NCBI GenBank assembly: GCA_019057865.1
Contig: JAHLWP010000050.1
Coordinates: forward strand, 1 to 24,041
Source of the DNA: Promethearchaeota archaeon
GTDB lineage: Archaea; Asgardarchaeota; Lokiarchaeia; Sigyniarchaeales; SOKP01
DNA length: 24,041 bases
Direction of reading: 5' to 3'
This document shows positions 17,160 through 24,041 of the stretch, piece by piece. The position numbers and the translations under genes were made by a program. The number at the start of each line of letters is the position of its first letter. The first letter of the stretch is position 1. The notes under the pieces are model-generated. The model was not told where the DNA came from. It did no database searches and was given only the letters and a program-made list of their open reading frames with translations.

Positions 17160-17182
17160 AATAAATAAATGGGTTTGAATAA

Positions 17183-17479
17183 ATGACTCAACTTAGAAGA
17201 AGAATTGTTATAAAAGGTCTAAAAAATAAAGGATTTAGACCAATTCCTGAAAAATCAAATGATCTCTGGTTTGGACTTACGATTGATGGCGAGTTTGTTC
17301 CTCAGATAAAGACTTTTATAAGCGGAGGTGGCCAAAGACAAATGATTTATGAGGATAATATTCACCATATGACTCATGAATTGCACATGGATAATAAAAA
17401 ACAATTTCTAAATTATATTAAATGCTCTTATATTTATAGTGAATATATCAGAGATTTAAGAAGAAAGAATATTATATGA
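17183..17479 (+). CDS. HicA-like small basic protein
   Basis: VIKGLKNKGF...WFGLTIDG...IKTFIS...M..EL.M.NKKQFLNYIKC; follows a HicB-like domain. Confidence 0.65.
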   Translation: MTQLRRRIVIKGLKNKGFRPIPEKSNDLWFGLTIDGEFVPQIKTFISGGGQRQMIYEDNIHHMTHELHMDNKKQFLNYIKCSYIYSEYIRDLRRKNII

Positions 17480-17585
17480 TTTCTTTTAATTTGATTGGAA
17501 GTGAAGTAAACATTTAAATTTTTTGTCGGTATGATAAGAATGAATAATTTTAAAATATTAAAAAAGACATAAATGAGGAATAAAA

Positions 17586-17725
17586 ATGATTTTTCAAGAG
17601 ACTATTTTTACAATTTCATGGCTAAGTGTAATTATTATAATAATCATTATTTATGTATTAGCAATAATTTTAGCTGTATGGGTTTACAACGATGCTAAGA
17701 AAAGAGATATGCTAAGAAAAGAGAT
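17586..17725 (+). pseudogene. 5' fragment of a membrane protein (WVYxDAKKR motif), broken at a tandem duplication
   Basis: GAGGA SD, TM helix then AVWVYNDAKKRDM; 17-bp duplication shifts the frame and the rest of the ORF to 17903 looks non-coding. Confidence 0.6.
17692..17725. repeat. Perfect 17-bp tandem duplication ATGCTAAGAAAAGAGAT x2
   Basis: 17692-17708 equals 17709-17725. Confidence 0.95.
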
Positions 17726-18204
17726 ACCTTTTTTGACGGTACTAAATAAAAATTATTCTTATTTAAAGCAAGACTGTGTTAAAAAAAATTATTTTTTTAC
17801 CAATAAAATGACTTTTATAATTTTTGTAATTTATTTCTCTCTTTTTCTTTTAATTGATATTTTTTCTTTATATAAGATGATATTATTTGGGATTACAAGA
17901 TGATTTTAAGAACAATTCACAATACCTAAGTGAGAATAATCAGTACCGAAGAAATCATATGCTTGGAATATCATAATAAAAGCGCTACGTATTATGTCGA
18001 TAATCTGAAGTTATCCACGTTATTACTTGAAATTATAGAAGAAGCTACCAAAAATATCTTAGACCTCCCTAAAATTCAGGTTCTCACTTATGCATTAACC
18101 CATATTCCGTTCATATACCTCTTCAGGATTTAAGAGATTTTCATTCTGAATTTAATTTATTTTATATTAAATATTTATTATCAGAAATAGGAAATCCTTC
18201 AATA

Positions 18205-18684
18205 TTGAAGCAAAGGAAATTCAAAAGCTGTATTCAAACTTTTTTATCTTTACTTGACATGAAAAGGCATCCAAAAGCTAGCTATATGAAGATACTATAC
18301 CTAGCCTTGAGATATCACCAAACAACCTTTAGTTTGGCAGAACTTCCGCATAAATTTCTAATTCTAACGGTTGTTTTCGAATCATTATTTAAAGGAGAAA
18401 AGGAGAATGCAAGCCGAGCAGCAAAAAGAATTTCAAAACTAATTTCAAAAGTAAAAAATGATCGGCAAAGAATTCATAAAGCATTCTGTGGTAATCCTCC
18501 AGATACATTTTGCAAAATTAGAAATGCAATTGCTCATGGAGACCCTAACCTTAAAGAAGAAATAGTAGAATCGAAATATCCATTATTGTACAAATATATC
18601 ACTAAAGCAATAATCGAATTAATTTTAATCCCATCTGGAGATATAAATTATAATAAAGATTATTATATTGAGATAGATAATTAA
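18205..18684 (+). pseudogene. ApeA-like HEPN domain, probably 5'-truncated
   Basis: FLILTVVFESLF and RxxxxH motif KIRNAIAHGD; TTG start, no N-terminal domain. Confidence 0.75.
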
Positions 18685-18782
18685 ATAGAAAATCATTTTA
18701 GTAAACTACCCTTAACATAAATTTATTTCTCTAAACTGAAATATGGGAATTTACCATGTATGTGGTGTTTAAAATGACATTC

Positions 18783-19808
18783 CTATAACTCAGTCTTTAA
18801 TAAAGGCAAACATACTTCCTTCATGAATATCTTACACTGTTTTATGTACTTCTTTACAAGTGCTTTTTTCTCTTCATTTAAAAAATCAATTAGCCATTTA
18901 TTATGATAAATATTTATTATAAAGACTTGCTGCCCATTCATCTCAAAAGATTTAAATAACCTTAGGGTTTTGAAATCTTCATAATATTTAGACATGTTGA
19001 CTTGTATGTCATTTAATAATCCCGCTGTAATTTTCATTCCTTTCTTTTTTAATAAATTTGTAAATTGTTCTTGGGATTCTTTTCCGAGGAAAATAATTAA
19101 CAGGGGTGTAATTAATTGAACCTCCTCATAGAGAAATTGAATGCAGCTTTCAGAGCACTCCTTCCATTTTTGATTGTTTTTCGCATTACATTTACATAAA
19201 TCTGTAATGTATATGTTATTCTTGATAAATTCGAAGCGAATTCCAAAGATCTCGGCGAAGTATTCCCAGAGATTATGATTCTCAATGCCTTTTCTGTATT
19301 TTTCTAATTTTTTCGCTTTGGAACTTTTTTCCCAGTATTTATACTTTTTATATCGTAAGTTGCCAAGCCCTTCATCACTTACTTCTTTCTCCAATTGCTC
19401 AAAGATTTGATTGTTTTCTTTCTCAGCCCATCTTCCATCATTTCTTATGTGGAGATTTACGAGTCCATAAGCTAAATTCAGATGAGTGGAAATGCCTGGA
19501 CCTGCAGCCTCTCCAACCACCATAATCAAAGCAGCTATCTCGCCACCTTTAAAGTTTAAAGTGACATTTCCTCCCGGGATCTCCATAGGTCGTTCTTGAA
19601 AACCCTTTCCAAAGGCCTGAATGCATTCTGGTCTTTTACAGCCTTCATTTATATTTCTCTTGAATTCAATCAGAAACTTGTTTATCGCAACCTTATCTTT
19701 TATGAATTTCACAGTCTCTTTTTCAATATCAAAATGCAACAACAGATCAGCTAATCTTGGACTATAATACCGTTTTAAAAGTGCTTCAAACTTAATAATT
19801 CTTGTCAT
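18783..19808 (-). CDS. Uracil-DNA glycosylase superfamily protein (divergent, with insertions)
   Basis: IMVVGEAAG (cf. GEAPG), IYITDLCKC, C..FLYEEVQLITPLLIIFLGKES, INIYH. Confidence 0.8.
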   Translation of the reverse strand: MTRIIKFEALLKRYYSPRLADLLLHFDIEKETVKFIKDKVAINKFLIEFKRNINEGCKRPECIQAFGKGFQERPMEIPGGNVTLNFKGGEIAALIMVVGEAAGPGISTHLNLAYGLVNLHIRNDGRWAEKENNQIFEQLEKEVSDEGLGNLRYKKYKYWEKSSKAKKLEKYRKGIENHNLWEYFAEIFGIRFEFIKNNIYITDLCKCNAKNNQKWKECSESCIQFLYEEVQLITPLLIIFLGKESQEQFTNLLKKKGMKITAGLLNDIQVNMSKYYEDFKTLRLFKSFEMNGQQVFIINIYHNKWLIDFLNEEKKALVKKYIKQCKIFMKEVCLPLLKTEL

Positions 19809-19831
19809 TGTTGATTAACACTCACTAGATT

Positions 19832-20362
19832 TTAAGTCATAAGTAATATTTTTTGATTATTTACATATTGTAATAAGTTCTCCTGTGATGCAACAAGGCT
19901 AGACCAGATATGTGAAGGACCAACTAATAAATAAAAAATTATTTTTGGATCATGAAGAGTTTTTGTAAAAAGTTCATCGATACCCTTTATAATATCTTTA
20001 TGGATTTTATTTTTACTCGTATTCCAATAGAAATAACAAATAGAGTATAATTCAGGACTTACTTCTCTATAATAAGAAGACCCTTTTCTTAAAAGTCGAA
20101 AATCCTCTAGAACCCTTTGCTTGAAGCGTTCCCTTTTAGCTTTTAATTCAAATAAATGAGTACAATAAACCACCCGCTTTTCGCCTTTAATTCGGGCGCC
20201 ATCTCTATTTTCTCCATGAACTATTTGAAATCCATTAGAGTCATTAATATTACTCACATCATTTTTAGAAAAAATTACGGTATCAACCTTATGTGCGCTC
20301 TCTTTATCCTTACTTTCAGATTTTATTGTCATATTAATACTAACCCTTAAAAAATCGTTCAA
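19832..20362 (-). CDS. Hypothetical protein
   Basis: 176-aa ORF between co-oriented genes; true start may be the ATG near 20332. Confidence 0.65.
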   Translation of the reverse strand: MNDFLRVSINMTIKSESKDKESAHKVDTVIFSKNDVSNINDSNGFQIVHGENRDGARIKGEKRVVYCTHLFELKAKRERFKQRVLEDFRLLRKGSSYYREVSPELYSICYFYWNTSKNKIHKDIIKGIDELFTKTLHDPKIIFYLLVGPSHIWSSLVASQENLLQYVNNQKILLMT

Positions 20363-20949
20363 AATTTAGCCTTTTTCACTTGTCTTTTTTTTATTCCATT
20401 TTCTTTAGCAATTTCAATAATTTCATTCAAAAAATCGGTTTTAATATCTTCTGGTTTCTTTGAAAGCGAATAATTAGGAATCATAATACAATCATCGTAA
20501 AATACTTTAGATGGATTTTGTTCGCCATAGACTTTAATGGTAGGGACAGTTCCATAAGTAGGAACTACATCAACTTCTTTAAAATCATAATTAATAAATC
20601 TATATCCACATAATTCTTGAGCATCTTCATAAAATTTTTTTAATCTTAAGATAGTTAATTTTTGGCTATTTAAATCTTCATATCCATTCCACTCTTTTTT
20701 CCTTATACGAAACTCTAAAATTGTAAGTTCTTCTGATTTATGACTTTTTGTAAACTCAATTTTATTCATTACATTTTTAGCAAAAACATACCAATTTTTA
20801 AATAACCTCTTTTTTGGCGGAAATTTAGATTGAATTTGTAGTATTTTACGATTTTTTTTATTCTGTCTTATATTATAAACACTCCAAATTATATTTCCAA
20901 TAATTATTCCTATTATTGTAATAAATAATACCATTAATTCTACGCTCAT
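20359..20949 (-). CDS. Hypothetical protein with N-terminal TM anchor
   Basis: 196 aa, hydrophobic residues about 4-25 followed by a basic stretch. Confidence 0.8.
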   Translation of the reverse strand: MSVELMVLFITIIGIIIGNIIWSVYNIRQNKKNRKILQIQSKFPPKKRLFKNWYVFAKNVMNKIEFTKSHKSEELTILEFRIRKKEWNGYEDLNSQKLTILRLKKFYEDAQELCGYRFINYDFKEVDVVPTYGTVPTIKVYGEQNPSKVFYDDCIMIPNYSLSKKPEDIKTDFLNEIIEIAKENGIKKRQVKKAKF

Positions 20950-21279
20950 ATATTTCTCTTCATTTTGTTTTAATCTAAATCGTTTATAATCTATTAATTA
21001 TTAGAATTTAAAAACAAACTTAAATTTTTCTAATTAATAATTAAAAAGAAAAAAAGTATAGAGGTTTTATTATTAATGGGTCATTGACATTTACTATTTC
21101 TCTAATGAAAGGCGTGGTAATTAAGTTTAATCTCACTAACTTCAAAATTAATTCGTTATTTTTCATGAAAGATTTCAAAACCAAAAAGGATTTATGCAAA
21201 GCATCAGAAAATTTTTAAACTAAGCAGGTGAAATTATTAATATTACAAAAACCAGAAGAAAAGTAAACACTGTTCAATT

Positions 21280-22308
21280 ATGAAATATTTATACCTTAAA
21301 CTTGGCAAATCAAATAGTCAGTTAAATTATTGGTTAAAAAAAGAAGAAAATTTATTTAAAAAGCCCTCCGCGGTCATCTATTTTGGAAAAATAACGACCG
21401 AGAAGTGTAAGAGTCTCTTTGAATTAACCAAGAATGAGATAGAATCTTTAAGAAAAAAAGATGGGGAAGTTCCTACAAATATAGACCTTCATGACCAAAT
21501 AAAAAAATTCATTAAAGCCGGAGAAAATAAGTATGTAAAATTTATTTCGATTCATGATAACAAAGTATATATATATGAACCAGCTACCGAAGTTTTTGAT
21601 ATGCCAGTAGAATTATATGACAGATTTTATAAAAGTTTAGAAGATTATGGAATTAAAAAAGATGATATTGAAGATATCAAGAATAGCACGCCAAAAATCA
21701 TGCATGTTAAAATTGTCGAGATAGTTGACAAAGACATTCCATATATATTAAGAACGTTAAATGTAAATCAATATTTTAATAGGGGAACTTGTAGGGAGAT
21801 TAAAGAGAAAGATTATTGGGGGATAATTCAAGCAATAAAAAAAATTTTAAAGCAAAAGAGGGATTATTCAAAAAAACTAGAGTCATATCAAATGTTCAAA
21901 CTTTTAAGTCCACATCAATTTGAAACTCTAATCTTCTTAATTTTGAACAACGCTGGACTCTTTTCTCCTGCATGGCGTGCTGGATCCTTACCGGATATTG
22001 ATATAATCGGGATAAATTATTCTGATTCAGAAGTTAAAATTGGAAATAATCCGACAATTAATTTTAAAAAGGATAAAGAGATTAAGTTTCAAGTTAAAAG
22101 AAAAAGCATTAAGGAAGCTCAAAATGCTGATTATACTATCGCTTTAAGTTCATCAGTCGAAAATGATAATAGTAATCGTATTTTAACATCAGATTGGTTA
22201 TTAGATGTCATTAGAAATCAAACAGAGACAAAAAAATGGCTTGAAAATTCATTAAGATGGTTTATAAAAAATACAAACAAGAACTCGATCTTTGAATTAT
22301 TCGACTGA
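21280..22308 (+). CDS. Mrr-like restriction endonuclease (C-terminal D...QxK nuclease, unknown N-terminal domain)
   Basis: LSPHQFETLIFLIL...GSLPDIDIIG...FQVKRK. Confidence 0.8.
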   Translation: MKYLYLKLGKSNSQLNYWLKKEENLFKKPSAVIYFGKITTEKCKSLFELTKNEIESLRKKDGEVPTNIDLHDQIKKFIKAGENKYVKFISIHDNKVYIYEPATEVFDMPVELYDRFYKSLEDYGIKKDDIEDIKNSTPKIMHVKIVEIVDKDIPYILRTLNVNQYFNRGTCREIKEKDYWGIIQAIKKILKQKRDYSKKLESYQMFKLLSPHQFETLIFLILNNAGLFSPAWRAGSLPDIDIIGINYSDSEVKIGNNPTINFKKDKEIKFQVKRKSIKEAQNADYTIALSSSVENDNSNRILTSDWLLDVIRNQTETKKWLENSLRWFIKNTNKNSIFELFD

Positions 22309-22348
22309 GGAAACCCTTCAACAACTGCCAAATTTTTATAACCTGAAT

Positions 22349-22510
22349 TTAACCATAAAGAGATACAACTTTTGAACTTGGAACCAAATTAATCACCATT
22401 TCCCGCCCTTTTAAAGAGCATGATAACTCGGTAATAAATAACTCTGATGAGTTTTGGTTATATTCCTCATACTGAGCAATTTTAAAACCAAGAATATTTC
22501 GTCCATACTC
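22349..22510 (-). pseudogene. Internal fragment of a CTP-synthase-type glutamine amidotransferase gene (not in ORF track)
   Basis: Manual translation EYGRNILGFKIAQYEEYNQNSSELFITELSCSLKGREMVINLVPSSKVVSLYG*, matching the E(Y/F)ARNVLG..A...E...YG segment; bounded by stops. Confidence 0.7.
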
Positions 22511-22605
22511 TCATCAAAAATTATTGATGAAAATATTAATTATAGTCTTTATTGGAATCATATGATATAAATTTAGGTTAACCAAACCGAAATCTTAACC
22601 ATAAA

Positions 22606-23110
22606 TTAGACTAGAGTCCTTAAAAACTCTGGATTCAATTTTTCAATAATCTCCGTTAATTTTGCATTTATTTGCGATATAACTTTTTCACTCTTTTCAG
22701 AATTAAGGTCACTAAAAAAATCATTAGCATTTTGATTTAATGTGACGGACTTGTGAAACTCCTGAGTTATTTTTGATTCTTCTATTTTAAAATTTGTAAT
22801 GTCATAAATTTTTTTACGATTATATTCAGTGAAGATAAATCTCGGATTTGTTAATAGCCTATTAATAAACCCTCCTTGCATTAATTCAGGAGATATATTT
22901 ATTCCAATTAAGACTCTTTTCTTAAGGAATTTAATAAAATATTTCAAATCCTTATCTTTTTGCCATTCATCAAGATAAATATAGAATGCCGGTTGACTCG
23001 GTTGCAGGTAAGTTTTTAATAGATAGTAAGGTTTTTTCCCTAATTTCTCTAAATTCTTTAAAATAGTTCTTAAAAACTTATTTATGGTTCCTGAAGATAA
23101 TGCATTAGAG
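22606..23110 (-). pseudogene. 5'-truncated hypothetical gene
   Basis: Frame stays open upstream of the TTG at 22947 (LSSGTINKFLRTILKNLEKLGKKPYYLLKTYLQPSQPAFYIYLDEWQKDKD) to the repeat at 23111 with no ATG. Confidence 0.55.
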
Positions 23111-23148
23111 ATTTTTGGCAGTAATTGCCATTTTTGGCAGTAATTGGC
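23111..23148. repeat. 19-bp tandem duplication ATTTTTGGCAGTAATTG(C/G)C x2
   Basis: 23111-23129 vs 23130-23148, 18/19 identical; internal hairpin TGGCA-gtaat-TGCCA. Confidence 0.92.
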
Positions 23149-23690
23149 AAGATTTACTTGGTGCTGGAGAATCTAATGTAACAGGGGCAAGATTACAAAT
23201 TATTATAACGAATATTACTACTACTAGCGTTGAATGGATACTCGACATTAAAATAACAATATGGACAGTTGGAGAGTTTCTATTCTATGATCAATTAACT
23301 AGTGAAATCGCTAGAAGCCCAGAAAATTTTGATGTATATGAACACTCCTCTCATTTCTTCCCCATTCCATTAAGAGATTATTTACTGAACATTACAACCT
23401 TTCCTTTAGGTTATTCAGCTGAGAATAACACTGTTATCTATTCAGATATTTGGTATGAGCCTTTTGAAATTTGGTATATTTTTAATGAAGATGTCGGAGT
23501 GAAAGAAAAATACCAAATTAAAAATGATGATGGAGATGTTATTTATGAGTATATCCTCATTTCAATGAAGCTTGGAGAAAAAGAAGCAGCGATTTCATTG
23601 GGATATATTTTTATTATTTTCATAGTAGTAGGTGTAATTTATCTAATTTTAATGAAAAGGCAATTTTTTACAGTTAAGCAACCAAAATAA
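23115..23690 (+). pseudogene. 5'-truncated surface protein with C-terminal TM anchor
   Basis: No signal peptide or SD, begins within the tandem repeat; N-x-T sequons; C-terminal ISLGY-TM-KRQ anchor. Confidence 0.65.
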
Positions 23691-23702
23691 ATTAATAATT
23701 AT

Positions 23703-23740
23703 TATCTTTTTTTTTATTTTCATATTTTTCTTTTTCTATT
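23703..23740 (+). terminator. Oligo-T tracts, possible archaeal intrinsic terminator
   Basis: Several T-runs directly downstream of the stop at 23690. Confidence 0.4.
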
Positions 23741-23785
23741 CTATTGTAAGAAACAAAATTACATCCACTATTACTTATAAAATAG

Positions 23786-23915
23786 TAGGTCTTGTCCTGC
23801 CAACAAGACTTAAGTACAGGTCCCCAAAAATCTTAATAGGGGGATGAGGGTGAAATCAGACTGTAAAAACTTACACTACCAAAAGACAAAAATCCAGGGT
23901 GTAGGCAGGAGTCAT
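23786..23915. ncRNA. Candidate structured non-coding element
   Basis: Locally GC-richer, three hairpins and a loop-to-distal pairing TCCTGCC/GGCAGGA; family not recognised. Confidence 0.3.
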
Positions 23916-24041
23916 GGTTTTTTATCTTATTTCTATGGTTAAAATGTATACTTAAGCATTTAAGTTCTTTTATTTTAAAAATATATACAGTATCAAAGGA
24001 TTTTAAAGTCTGAATCCTAATGAACTGTGACTTATTCTATT

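Noticed and set aside
17930-18133. 67-aa ORF
   Set aside because: GTG start, no SD or recognisable motif; region looks like decayed sequence.
20156-20350. 64-aa plus-strand ORF
   Set aside because: Antisense to the 19832-20362 gene.
22444-22500. CTGATGAG resembling a hammerhead ribozyme core
   Set aside because: No properly placed GAAA or stems; lies within the GATase remnant.
22349-22605. 11-bp direct repeat TTAACCATAAA (22349-22359, 22595-22605)
   Set aside because: Short and AT-rich, no enclosed TIRs or transposase; chance cannot be excluded.
23840-23890. Possible SECIS element (ATGA...AAAA...GA) or c-di-AMP riboswitch
   Set aside because: Helix II does not pair, upstream gene has no in-frame TGA, and riboswitch core motifs are not in the right order.
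1-24041. CRISPR array, tRNA, rRNA, integrase or att sites
   Set aside because: No regularly spaced repeats, cloverleaf, rRNA-like tract or recombinase motif found by eye.

Overview
Very AT-rich archaeal DNA (GGTGA-type Shine-Dalgarno sites, BRE/TATA promoters, C-terminally anchored surface proteins). The style suggests an Asgard/Lokiarchaeia-type genome, but that is inference. Bases 1-5.5 kb hold small membrane-protein genes that share an upstream TT(C/A)TTTAAATA motif. Two related IS256/Mutator-superfamily IS ends (one complete 1636-bp element with 24-bp TIRs and an 8-bp TSD, plus the end of a second copy at 1-55) each lie exactly 11 bp before that TATA-like box in the same orientation, suggesting promoter-targeted transposition. 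From about 6.3 kb to 23.1 kb is a defence island full of gene remnants. Its intact core (7466-13502) is an unusual modification-restriction locus: an unannotated ribbon-helix-helix regulator, two SPPY-type beta-class DNA methyltransferases (one with a degenerate plus an intact MTase domain), an HhH-GPD glycosylase-like protein, a PD-(D/E)XK endonuclease and a divergently transcribed TGT/DpdA-like guanine transglycosylase. Further on are a Schlafen/AlbA_2 protein, an HTH-nuclease gene broken by two in-frame TAG codons, a GIY-YIG/HicB-like fusion with a HicA-like partner, a HEPN remnant, a UDG-superfamily protein in a three-gene operon, an Mrr-like nuclease and a candidate structured RNA near the right end. 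All calls come from reading motifs by eye; no searches were run.
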